A stretch of 64,000 bases of DNA from contig NC_043004.1 of the NCBI RefSeq assembly GCF_006345805.1, forward strand, positions 103,726,001 to 103,790,000. Direction: 5' to 3'. A program made the position numbers and the translations under genes. Origin of the DNA: Octopus sinensis (Eukaryota). Each line of letters starts with the position of its first letter. Positions within the stretch are counted from its first letter, which is position 1. The notes below the pieces were generated by a model. The model did not search any database and was not told the origin of the DNA. It saw nothing but the letters and a program-made list of their open reading frames with translations. Positions 1 through 12,964 of the stretch are shown in pieces.

Positions 1-132
1 AGAAGCAAACTTTCTATAGAAGCTCTACAAGATATTCCAATCTCCTCCAACTATTCGTCTATATCTCTGCTCACAGTTCCCAATGCATCAATTATTACAG
101 ACACAACCTTTACAGTTTTCATGCTCTAAATT

Positions 133-335
133 CTTGTTAGCGCGCCGGATGAAATTGCTTAGCGATATTTCGTCCGTCGCTACGCTCTATGTTCAAATTC
201 AGCTGAGATTGATTTTACCATTCATCCTTTCGAGGGCGATAAAATAAGTACCAGCGAAACACTGGGGTCGATGTAATCGACTAGTGTCCCTCCCGCAAAA
301 TTTCAGACCATGTGCCTATAATAGGAAGGATTTTT
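133..335 (+). mobile_element. SINE-B (tRNA-headed SINE), diverged copy
   Basis: B-box-like gttcaaattc, central module attcatcctttcgagggcgataaaataagtaccagc...ggggtcgatgtaatcgac, and a tail ending in (ATT)n. Homologous to many other copies in the window. Confidence 0.85.
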
Positions 336-348
336 ATTACTATTAATT

Positions 349-904
349 GAGAGAGCAGTGCAGGCCATCAAAGTAAGACTGGGGTACAAATATACAAAGT
401 TCAATATACCCATTATGACTACCCGTCTGATAAGGATACACCAGGCACATGCATCACAACCGTATGTGCGCGACATGTTGATCTCATATCAAGATAAACA
501 GCACATGACCTTGCAGGTGGGGGTCCTGTTAGAATTTTCTTCAGGTTAAGTAGCCCATCCCGCTCAAAAGGTCCTTGAATAAGGGGTGTTTAAGGATGTT
601 GAATGAAACACCCATGTTTCTAGAAGGGGATTATTCAAACCGTGACGGATTCCTCTCAACACACGGCTATGACGCTCCCCTATTACTTCTGTTCGTGATC
701 AGAGATGCAGATATCATCAGGCACTAAGGGACATGGTCAACTGGTTAAGGTCAAACAACTGACAAGCAAATATGTGGTATTGAGCAGAACATTTGCTGTG
801 GCCCATCTTTTATAACAAGACAAAGCAATGTACATGATAACACTTCCAATCAGTTAAGATCAGAAGCAATGAGAGCCACTGCCTGGTACTGCATCAGGGC
901 ATTT
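349..904 (-). mobile_element. ~555-bp non-coding interspersed element lying between (TAA)n tracts
   Basis: Discrete complex sequence (gagagagcagtgc...catcagggcattt) bounded on both sides by ATT repeats. No credible ORF. It resembles an abundant octopus repeat recalled from memory, which I could not verify. Confidence 0.55.
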
Positions 905-908
905 ATCA

Positions 909-960
<52 letters not shown>

Positions 961-983
961 CATCATCATCATTATCATCATCA

Positions 984-1044
<61 letters not shown>

Positions 1045-1055
1045 CATTATTATTA

Positions 1056-1128
<73 letters not shown>
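902..1128. repeat. (ATT/ATC)n trinucleotide microsatellite
   Basis: Directly visible. It explains the poly-Ile ORFs 850-1263 and 869-1141. Confidence 0.98.
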
Positions 1129-1129
<1 letters not shown>

Positions 1130-2250
1130 GACGTCGCATAGTATATAATATCGTGAGGTTGTTGATTGAAGATATTGTGTCTACCGGGGTTTTGTAATGT
1201 TTGCCAAGTCACAACAAGGACCTCAAACAGGCAGTGCTTTACGCAATATGCGTGCAGTTCCAAGTTTCTAAAGTTTTCAGATGTTTTTTAGATTGGGTAG
1301 TATTGAACCCAATGCTCCGATGACAATAGGGGTAACCTTTATGTTTGACTCTCGTAGCTGCCACATTTTAGCAATCTCAATTCTCAGGTCTCCATATTTA
1401 TCAACCTTTTCTATTTTTTTCATGATGATATGCTGATCTCCTGGCACTGCTACATCAATTATTAGGCACTCTTGTTTGTCCCTCCTAAAGGTTACTATAT
1501 CCGGCCTTCGGTGTTCTAATACCTTGCCTGTCTCGAAATCAAAGTCCCAGGAGATTTTTGCCTTCCCTTTTCGTCCATTACCTTTTCCGGTGTATGTTGG
1601 TACCAAGCACCAGTAACTTCATATTCACACTTACGGTATAGTAGGCAGTGGAGGTTTTGGACCTTGTCGTGTCTACGCTTGTACTCTTTCTGCGCAAGAG
1701 TTTCACAAGCACTAACAATGTGAGTCGCGCTTTCGACCCTCTTCCTACATATTCTGCAGAGGTCCGTTGTACTCGTGTAGTATATATTCTTTTTCTCTGA
1801 GTTGGAATTCAATGCCTAATCCCGGGCAGCGATGATTAGGCTTTCAGTATTCTTTTTTTTTAAGGTTATCTTTGTTAAGCCACCTCCATAATACTTCCTG
1901 GTCTTTTAATTTGTTGGTTTCACAGTGGAACTGACCATGTAATTCCATGCGGAGTAGGGTTTTTTCTCTCTCATTGGCTGTTCTTGATCAGAATTCATGA
2001 GCACTCTCAAGTCCATTTTTGTTAACTCCTTCTGCATTAGCAGCATACTGCAGCAGGTCTTGTTTGCTGTTTACCAAATATTCTGCCATGTTTCTTCTTT
2101 CCCTGTCGATGCACTCCCGTACGCTAATCAGCCTATGTCCAACTTTACTCCTCTTCATATAGAACCTGTGTTCGTTCGCCCTAGGGTGGAGGGTGTCATA
2201 AATTGTCTTATAATTATCAAGTACTTAGGTCGGTAATATTGAGTTATCCT
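1130..2250 (-). mobile_element. 5'-truncated R4/Dong-like non-LTR retrotransposon (restriction-like endonuclease), pseudogenised
   Basis: Minus-strand motifs TESLIIAARD*ALN (post-RT), the CCHC knuckle CRICRKRVESATHIVSAC...RRHDKV, and the PD..D endonuclease HRRPDIVTF...CLIIDVAVP...KYGDL...PIVIGALG. Frameshifts and stops are present. The 3' end abuts the (TAA)n tract. Confidence 0.88.
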
Positions 2251-2520
2251 CAACAAAAACGCGAGTCGAAGAAGTAAATCTCCCTTCAAGGCAGAGTTAG
2301 AAATGTAATCGTCAAGTAAGTAAGAGGTTTTAAACAGGGGCGATATATTCAAAATTGGTAAAACTAAAAATTGTCAAGGATAAATTAAATTTATTATTGT
2401 TACTGAATATGCTAGTGTAATTTAATTTCTGAACGGTTTTGCTGTCGTTTCTTTATGTAGTTTGATTTCTTTATCCATCAGTTTCTACTAAGATAGAGAT
2501 GCGAGTAAAATTAACTACAC

Positions 2521-2844
2521 TACTCGTGACCTAGTGGGTCGCCAGGAAACTCAGTTTCCCAGTAACGGAGTTTTGTTTCATGGGTTTTTTTCTTCTCCGG
2601 GTTATTTCGCATGCTTTCAACGAATGTGACATCGAAATCATGCGTAACCGGTTCCTTTCCCCAGAAAAGGAAACATTTGGCTGCTATTTCTTGCACACCT
2701 TGCTACCACGTAACAGATATGTCGGATCCTTTATCGCAAACTAGCAAAGATACCCGGCGCTGAGATTCCCAAGAGACGGCGACACTGGACGAATGGAGTT
2801 TTTTCACACCTTTTTACTATAAGATATTTTTCTCTGCGGTAAGT
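2521..2844 (+). promoter_or_regulatory. CpG-enriched unique segment ending in a consensus splice donor (possible non-coding exon)
   Basis: 18 CpG counted in 2521-2840, and CTGCG|GTAAGT at 2839. No ORF support. Confidence 0.2.
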
Positions 2845-3082
2845 GCAGTGTATTTACCTTTAGTAGTCGAAATATGTGACAAACATATTTCAACTAACCT
2901 AGTTTGTGAACATATATAAAGTCTGTACTTTTTTTAGTATCTGTTTATGGAGTGCAGAACTACAGAAAAAGACGGAACGTGAAGGATGAGAAATACAGTG
3001 AAAAAGCAACAGTTCCTTTCTGAAACTCTCATATTAAGCTAAGACTGGGTTGGGGTGGGAGTGGATGGAGTGGAGTCATATA

Positions 3083-3500
3083 TATTTCTTTACTACCCAC
3101 AAGGGGCTAAACACAGAGGGGACAAACAAGGACAGACAAAGCGATTAAGTCAATTCCATCGACCCCAGTGCGTAACTGGTACTTAATTTATCGACCCCGA
3201 AAGGATGAAAGGCAAAGTCGACCTCGGCGGAATTTGAACTCAGAACGTAGCGGCAGACGAAATATATATTTCTTTACTACCCACAAGGGGCTAAACACAG
3301 AGAGGACAAACAAGGACAGACAAGCGGATTAAGTCGATTACATCGACCCCCAGTGCGTAACTGGTACTTAATTTATCGGCCCCGAAAGGATGAAAGGCAA
3401 AGTCGACCTCGGCGGAATTTGAACTCAGAACGTAACGGCAGACGAAATACGGCTACGCATTTCGCCCGGCGTGCTACCGTTTCTGCCAGCTCGCCGCCTT
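3083..3500 (-). mobile_element. SINE-B head-to-tail dimer with 14-bp TSD
   Basis: A full unit (head aaggcggcgagctggcagaa, B-box gagttcaaattcc) followed by a 5'-shortened unit. AGTGGAGTCATATA flanks both sides (3069-3082 and 3501-3514). Confidence 0.92.
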
Positions 3501-3866
3501 AGTGGAGTCATATAGACTGTTTCGTCAGTTAAAAGTCCTCACTTATACAAATGTCTTGTAAGAAAGTTGCAAAAATGTGAGCATAGTTTCCTTGGAGTAT
3601 TTTTAAAAGTTATTTATCACTTTTCTATTTAACATATCTATTCAGTCATATGCGAAAGGTTACAATGAAACAGAGACGCCTCCGCCATTTCGTTGATCTG
3701 CCAACAACGTAGCTTGCAAAATAAATAAATAAATAAAAAGTTAAAAAAAAAGAAGAAAAATACATAAGGAAAATAAAAAGTAAGAAACAATATAAGCATT
3801 GAAACAGTGGGTATAGGAAAAGATCACGCGAAAAACATAGGACATTCAACTCCGAAAGCAGTTGTC

Positions 3867-3927
<61 letters not shown>

Positions 3928-3928
3928 A

Positions 3929-5216
3929 CAGGGTGGGGAAGCAAAATTTACAATATTTTGAGGCAGGGATTGAAAGACAGTGTATGACCAATTTGTTTAT
4001 TGAAAGTCACGAGAATTTATTTGCCACAAGACAATTTACATAATAGAAAATATTTTTATTCAATGTGTCCTCCTTCTTTCTCAATAACTGCCTTCACACG
4101 CTTCCTGAAACTTGCACAGGTGTTCCTCAAATATTTGGGAGACAACTTCTCCCATTCTTCTGTAATAGTATCTTTAAGAGAGTCGACATTGCTATGTGAT
4201 GTTCTATTGGTAGCATGTTCTAAAACGCCCCAAATAGCATAATCCAGAGGGGTTAGATCTGAGCTAGAAAGCGGTCATAAACATGATTCCAAAAAATTGT
4301 TAAAGTTGGATTTGCAGAAATCTTGTATTGTTCTAGCTGTGTGGGCTGGAGCACCATCCTGTATCTATACATAATTATCGTCTGTGTAATTTGCTTTAAG
4401 CCATGGCAATACCTAGTATCTCAAAGTCTTGTAGTAAGTATTAACATTGATCTTTTCATCAGCTTTGTAGAATTTTATAGGCATTTTCTTTCCATCGGAA
4501 ACCACAACAACAAAAGCCATAACTTGTGCAAGATCTTTTGTTTTGAATATCCCTTAAACTTCAGCTGTTGATTTTGCGATAAATCTGTCATTTCTGCTGT
4601 TCAGAACATCATCGACAGTGAAGATCTTTTCATCTCAAAAGATCGTTACAATGGAGGACTTTTTCTTGAACCATGTAATAATTTTCTTGCACCTCTCCAA
4701 TCTCTTTTCCTTCATAGCTGTTGTCAACAAGTGTTTTGGAGTTCTTGTGTAAGATTTTAACCTCAAATCATATTTTACTGCATTTCTAATGGTCTTGTTG
4801 TCTACCTCAAGTTCAATTGCCATTTTTCTCATGGATTTGGTTGGATCCTTTAAGATTTTGGATTTGAAAGCTTTAATAAAAGCTTTGGTACGTTTTTTGT
4901 TGATTCCTCCACTTCGAGACTTCCTCGTAATAGTTTTGCTCATAGTCATTCTATTCTTTACATTATAAACAGTCTTTATGGACACTCCAACTATTCTTGA
5001 AATCTCCTTTGGTGTGACGAGTGCATTCAGAAAATCACCCTCTTTGATGTTTGCTTTCCTGATTACTCATATGGGCAAAAGTTTTGGAAAAGGTAAAGAT
5101 AATAATGTTAGGTATGATTATGACATCAATATATGCTAGGTTTCAAAACAATTGACTTAGTGCCTGCTGAGAAAAAACAACTTAACGTTCATTGTAAATT
5201 TTACTTCCCCACCCTG
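3929..5216 (-). mobile_element. Full-length Tc1/mariner DD37D (maT-like) transposon with inactivated transposase (~4056-5070)
   Basis: 26-bp TIRs cagggtggggaag(c/t)aaaatttacaat with TA on both flanks. Motifs SDEKIFTVD and QDGAPAH...SSDLTPLDY, with 37 residues between the 2nd and 3rd Asp (counted). In-frame stops are present. Confidence 0.93.
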
Positions 5217-6781
<1,565 letters not shown>

Positions 6782-7192
6782 GACAGGCTTCTTTCAGTTT
6801 CCGTCTACCAAATCCACTCACAAGGCATTGGTCGGCCCGAGGCTATAGTAGAAGACACTTGCCCAAGATGCCACACAGTGGGACTGAACCCGGAACCCGG
6901 AACCATGTGGTTGGTTAGCAAGCTACTTACCACATAGCCACTCCTGCGCCTATATTAATGTATAATAATTAATTATTTATTGAATGAAAATTTTTTAAAT
7001 ACCCGAGGATAGCGGTGAGAAGAGTTTAGCAAGTTGGGTATTAGAAGACGAAGAGGAAAAAAGTTACCGACAAGTACTAAAAGTTTTGTCCGTTGAAGTT
7101 TCGACAGTGAACAGGTTGCGGTTTCAAAGCGGAGAAATTATTTTGATACAAATGAGATTTTAACGTTGGAAGTGAAACTGGTTCTACTCAAA

Positions 7193-7270
7193 TACAGAGG
7201 TCCTTCAACGGTACTACTTAACTACAGAGGTCCTTCAACGGTACTACTTAACTACAGAGGTACTACTTAA
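7193..7270. repeat. 30-bp tandem repeat, 2 full copies plus a partial copy
   Basis: tacagaggtccttcaacggtactacttaac occurs at 7193 and 7223, with an internally deleted third copy. Confidence 0.9.
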
Positions 7271-7313
7271 ATACAAGTATTATGTACAGGTGTATGCGTG
7301 TGTGTGTATGCGC

Positions 7314-7349
<36 letters not shown>

Positions 7350-7367
7350 GTTCCTTACATTACTCAC

Positions 7368-7624
7368 ACGCTTTGTCGTCTCTGTTTCGGACAGGACATT
7401 GAAACTTTGTTATTGTTATTGTTGTTGTGACCCACCATAATGTAATAAACATTATGATGATTGTTATGACTCTTAACTGCCGCCACTCCCACAGCTGTTG
7501 TGTCTACGGATGTTTCTGCTGCTGCTGCTGTTGTTGTTGTTGTTGATAGCATTTGATAACATAATAAATATCCAAGAGTGCTTGACTTAATTGATTCCGT
7601 ATTGTCGTTATTGTGTCTGTCCAT
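7368..7624 (-). CDS. Candidate low-complexity coding exon (MDRHNNDNTES...HNNNNNNKVSMSCPKQRRQS)
   Basis: ATG in good context (agtATGG), in-frame Asn/Thr/Ala codon runs, and a GTGAGT donor at 7367-7362. No recognisable domain and no partner exon found. Confidence 0.25.
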
Positions 7625-7759
7625 ACTACTGCGTTCGTTGTTCCTGCTCTTGGTACTCTAGTGTCGACCGCTGCTGCTACGTCTGTTATTAAGTCAACAT
7701 ATCAAGTGGTCCTTACCTTTTAGACAGATATTTAAGTAAGCTTCAGCCTCTAAGTTAAT

Positions 7760-9360
7760 AGCCCCACCAGGAAAAGACATTTAAGGATGTCTCACATTAC
7801 AGCCATTCTTTGGGCACCAAAGACTATTCAAATGGAGAGTTATTGTTTGCAGAGATATTTCCAGGTGTTTGTGGTTTATTTGGAATTTGTGTGAGATATT
7901 CCATCCAGGAAGCGTTTGAATGTTCTGAAATTTTTTTCTTCTCTTATGTGTCTTGGCTCGGTGCTAAAGAGAGTAGGGCTGACTGAGGTGAAACACTTCT
8001 GTCTTAGTGTTGTGATGTGACGCGAATATGATCTTTGCAGGGGAAGAGTGGCAAGGGGTCCATACCTTCGGTGAATTTTAAAGTTGGTGCTAACATCATT
8101 TGGACAATGCTGTTGGAATATTTGGACAATGCTCATAGCAGCTTTGGAAGGAATAAAGTTTGAGCTTCTCGAGACGATCCCAATAATCAAGACTTCTCTT
8201 GTCAACTATTTTTTTTATTTTTGTGATTGATCACTGAGATGTTTCAATTTTGATTCGTTTACGGAGATCACACCGGACAACAGTATTCAAGGCGGGCATG
8301 GACAAAGGTGGAGAAGAGAAAGATAACGGTGAGAGTATCTGTAGTCCAAAAAGACCTGACGATCCAGGAGCATGCCCTCCGAGACGTGTCGACCTTGTTG
8401 TTTGTGCTTGGCATTCCGGCTTAAGTTGTTGTGCACAGTTGCTCAAAATTTCCTAGCAGCGTTTGATGCCAGGCGGTTTTCGCCTTGGGGAAGAGTGTGT
8501 AGACGCTTAGGTACAGCCTCCTTACCGAAGTGATTTAATTCAAATTCGTTCTTATTTAGCTGCATATTGTTTTTCTACCCATTAGATAACAGCGAGTAGG
8601 TCCGATTGGAAATTACTCAGGTCTCTAACCTAGTCGACGACCTGCAGAAGCAAAAATTCTAATGCTGCTGTGTTTGATGACATCAACGATGTCATTGATA
8701 GAAATAATGAAAAGAGAATGGGCCCTTATGGGGTTCCACTGATGACTCTTGTCCAGCTTGATTGAACACTATCTATCACAACATACTGTGTTCTGTTCAT
8801 CACAAAACATTCAATCCACTTTAATAGTTCTCCGAGGACTCCAAATTTGGATAGTTTCTTTAATAGAATATTGCGATTATCCGTGTTGTAGGTCTTGCCG
8901 AAGTCTAGATAGACGACATCTGCATTGGAACTCTCTTCTAGGGCCTTTAGGATGTCATCAAACTGATTCAGGAGCTGTGTTGAGCAATCCCTGCCATTGT
9001 GGTGACCATGCTGGTTGGGAATAAGTAGTCTGCCACTTTCCAGAAAGTGAGTTACTCGAGATCTCACCGCCCTCTCAAATAGTTTGATGATATGAGATTT
9101 AGGTGAGATCCGTCAATAATTCACTGCTAGTGATATGTTGCCCTTTTGAAAAACTGGGAAATTCGAATGGGATAGCAAATTATTGAAAATATAGCCAACG
9201 TCCAGTGATTTCTTCCAGAGAATGGCTAAAAGGAATGCCAATTGATGCCGGCAGTCATTCAGGACTCTAACGGGGAATGTGTCGGAGCTTGCAACTGAGT
9301 TGTTTTTAATTTTGTTAATAGCTGCTATGATATCCGAGGCGCCAAATAATATATCAGACT
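7760..9360 (-). mobile_element. CR1-like LINE fragment (RT and C-terminal region), decayed
   Basis: NQHG....DCSTQLL..FDDIL..LE...NADVVYLDFGK...LLKKL..FGV.GELLKWI..F..NRTQ.V (ORF 8726-9067). Downstream LEYCCPV*SP and C-terminal FKRFLD..I motifs. Confidence 0.88.
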
Positions 9361-9469
9361 AACAGTATAGCCCGGTTTTGCCTGGGATTAAGTTAGGATT
9401 ATTAAGCTAATCAAGTTCTTTATTTCAAACCAAACTAGGTAACATCGGCGTCAAAGTTGGGCGAAATCC

Positions 9470-9790
9470 GTTGAAATTGGTAAACTTTAGACTGAAAATT
9501 AGTTGCAGACAACTTGATTGGGTAATCCCATAAGGAATCGGTTTATCGATTTTTCTCACACATCAATTTTCTTTTCGTTTTTGGAGAACTTAAAGCATTC
9601 AAAGATCCCATGAATCCTAAGTAATGCTGGCATCATGTTTGACAAAATACATCAAAATTGGTAAAAGTTATGGTTGAAAATGGGGTGTAGCCAATTTTAT
9701 TGGGAAGTCCTATAAGGAATCGGTTTATCGATTTTTTAAATCCTAATTAAGTGGAAAACCCCATAAGGAATCAGTTTATTGATTTTTCAC
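9470..9790. repeat. Interspersed element with internal sub-repeats (possible DNA-transposon or Helentron-like remnant)
   Basis: ataaggaatc(g/a)gtttat(c/t)gatttt occurs three times (9530, 9712, 9763), with a ~180-bp internal duplication. Confidence 0.5.
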
Positions 9791-10379
9791 CCCAAATAGG
9801 ACTTAACCGAACACAATATTGGTGATACAAAAACATCTATATTTATACTTTAATGTTGGTTTTCACACCCAAACCAGTTCTGCATGGGCTGGGAGTTTGA
9901 TCGGCAGAGGTGATCAGGTTGCTCATGCCATCCCTTTGAAAACACCCCCCCCATCATCTAACCCCCACCTTTACTCATGGGTTGGGAACCCTTCCAGCAA
10001 GGAAAATAGAATGCCTAAAAGGGCTCCCGATTCTCTGTGTCAGAAGCGGTTATATTCAGATCACAACTAAGTCTTAAGTATATATATATGGGCAACACAC
10101 ACACGTACGTACATATATCAACAAAACACTTTTTTCCTCGATGGAAAAAACAACAAAAGTTTTAGTTGAAAATTTATTTTTACTGCTATTCGCTGATGCC
10201 TCAGGGGAAAATAAGTTGACGAAAACACAGCTAGGATCATGACGAATGTCCTCCTAAAATTGGAGCGACATGCGTGCTAATTTGTGGACATGCATAAATT
10301 ACATTCACACACACACACACACATCCTGCCTTTTATATATACAGATATATATGCTGGGAGAGGGGATGTTTCACCTAGG

Positions 10380-10612
10380 CTATCTGAATTAATCATATTG
10401 GTATTGCTAAAAGTGGAGCAGTATTACTTCTGCAAAAATCTCAACTATGTCTTCCGCACCACTATGCAGTGTCATCTATCGGAGGTCCAACAGATGGACC
10501 AGCGTTTTGGCGAACGAGAAGAACACATTGGGATTGACGTTTATTTTCTCAATGGCTCATTTTTTCCTACTGTTCTTTGGCTATCGATGATAGTCTTCAT
10601 ACACTTCATACA
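10380..10612 (-). mobile_element. Highly decayed CR1-like LINE fragment (pre-RT region)
   Basis: The minus strand gives EKINVNPNVFFSFAK and AEDIVEIFAE, similar to the CR1 pattern I..NPK.FFS.AK...E..EILAEQ. Confidence 0.55.
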
Positions 10613-10613
10613 A

Positions 10614-11000
10614 TCGCCTCCCAATTTTTTGTTTTTATTTCTCTTTTGTTATGTTGTGAGGAATAAAAAAAAAGAAAAAGTAACAAAGTTTTTTTTTAAA
10701 AGACGAAGAATATTTAGAGGAAATGAAATGAATAAAACTTACAGTAATAACAACGATGATGACGACGACAACAACAATAACAACAACAACAAGGCCTGAA
10801 ATTTTGGGGAGGGGACTAATCGATTACATCAATCTAGTTTCACTAGTACTTAATTTATTGACCCTTAAAGGATGAAAGACAAAGTCGACCTCGGCGGAAT
10901 TTGAACTCAGAAATTGAACGTAGCGACAGACGAAATACTGCTAAGCATTTTGCCCGGCGTGCTAACTATTCAGCCAGCTCGCCGCCTTAATAATAATAAT
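10614..11000. repeat. Local duplication, copy 1 (unique flank plus SINE-B)
   Basis: Matches 13721-14565, including the private variants gaactcagaAATTGaacgtagcg and ctattcagccagc. Confidence 0.88.
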
Positions 11001-11159
11001 ATAAATTTTACTTATTAGAGCTTTTCTGTCAGGTTGGAACCTGTGTTTAATGTTGCTCATGGATCGTAGTGGAGTGTGGCGAGAACACATGTTTGTGCCA
11101 ATGTCCCTGAATAGCTGCCAGGACGTACTAATGCTGGTTGGGATGAAGTGTTCAGTCAG

Positions 11160-11393
11160 CGAATCGCAGCCGTGCAAGAGCGCCGCCTTGAAGGATTTAA
11201 TCGAACAAATATTTTTTAAAAGTCTGGTACTTATTATATAGGTCTCTTTCTGCTGAACCGTTAAGTTGCGAGAACGTAAATAAACTACTCCGGTTGTCAA
11301 AGTGTAGTGGGAGACAAACACATGCACACATACATATACATACACATATATATGTATACGCATATGCATGTGTATGTATACATACACACACAT

Positions 11394-11449
<56 letters not shown>

Positions 11450-11600
11450 ATATACGCGATGGACTTCCACTCAGTTTCCGTCTACGAAAATTCAATTACA
11501 AGATATTGGTCAGGTGAAGCTATGGAAAAAGACACTTGCCCAGGATGCCATGCAGTGGGACTGAACCCGTAACCTCGAGGCTGCAAAGGGCGATTCTTAA
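11160..11600 (-). mobile_element. SINE-A, diverged
   Basis: Tail, mid and head modules are recognisable around a (CA)n expansion. Confidence 0.75.
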
Positions 11601-12468
11601 CCACACAGCCGTGCTTGTGCCTTTGATCAAAGAGCAGAAATGACCATCCCGTCTTTTTTATTCGCGCCCAACCATTGAGTTACATCATCAAATTAGTCGT
11701 TTCCTGTTGAAAACAGCCGGATATGATTCGTGAGAAATACAGAAACAGCATTTGTAACCGATTCAGCGATCACTTAGAGATTTCCGAACTACACCGAAAC
11801 GGAACGGAACTATTGAAAGTGGACTTGAAAATTTGAAAATAGCTTTAGAAGTGTTCTAATGACAACAAATTATTGTTGCTGCTACTACTGCTACTGCTAC
11901 AGCTATTGCTGCTGCTGTTGCTATTGTTGTTGTTGATGATGATGATGCTGTTGTTGCTGTTTAGCTCAAAGTCAACCTTTCCCGAGTACAATCATGATCA
12001 AAAATGTTCAAGAATTAACCACCTTGTCTTTGAGCATCTCCAGAATTACATTATGCAGAGATACCATTTTTTTTTAAGACGGTAGAGTCTGATATGAAAG
12101 AAATTCAGCTGCTGTATCTAGCTGGTCAGGTGACTGCCGAGGGTTGTTGTTCTGTATTAAGACTGTAAGAATGTTTTCTGAATTATTTGTTCCTACGTGA
12201 ATGTGATGTGTGAGGATAAAATGTTTCTATCCCATAAAAGTGATTTCGGCTGTGTGGTAGAGAAGCTTGTTTTCCACCCAAATACTTCCGAGTTCAGTCC
12301 CACTGTGTAGTACTTTGGGTAAGTGAATTCTACTATAGTCACGGGCGGACCCAAACCATGTGAGTGGATTTGGTAACGGAAACTGAAAGAATCCCGTCGT
12401 ATATATGTATGCATGTATTTACGTGTTTGTGTCTTTGCATCTATGTTAGTCCTTCCACCATCACTTGC

Positions 12469-12890
12469 CAAGAACGAAGGACACCCGGACAGTTTGGTGA
12501 TGCAAAAATGGAACAACAAAACATCCAGATAGACGATACAAAGTAAACAAGGACGGGTCATTCGAAGTTTTCTTTCCTCAGTCGAAAGATACCTGTTGTT
12601 ATGTCCTGTTATTATTTTTATTGTATTTGTCTAACGTTGTCCGTTATTTCTCGGCCTTGTTTTGTATACATTCGCTGCTTTCTTCCAAGGAATCTTATGC
12701 TCTTAGCTTAGTTTTTCCTTGGGGCTGGCCAGATTGGAGCAATCTCAAGTATAATCAGTTGAAATCGCTGGTACTTGACTGAGGAAAGAAAACTTCGAAT
12801 GACCCGTCCTTGTTTTCTTTGAATCGTCTATCTGGATGTTTTGTTGTCCCTTTTTGTATCACCTAACAGTCCGGTTGTTTTGCGTTCTTG
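12469..12890. mobile_element. Foldback element with ~115-bp inverted arms (probable PLE terminal-repeat derivative)
   Basis: 12469-12583 is the reverse complement of 12777-12890, and the inner 39 bp are perfect. The spacer is homologous to 34370-34520. Confidence 0.8.
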
Positions 12891-12912
12891 TCCATTTTGT
12901 ATTATATATATA

Positions 12913-12964
<52 letters not shown>

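Noticed and set aside
11621-11632. Palindromic TCF/LEF-like site CTTTGATCAAAG
   Set aside because: A single short motif with no supporting context, which may well be chance.
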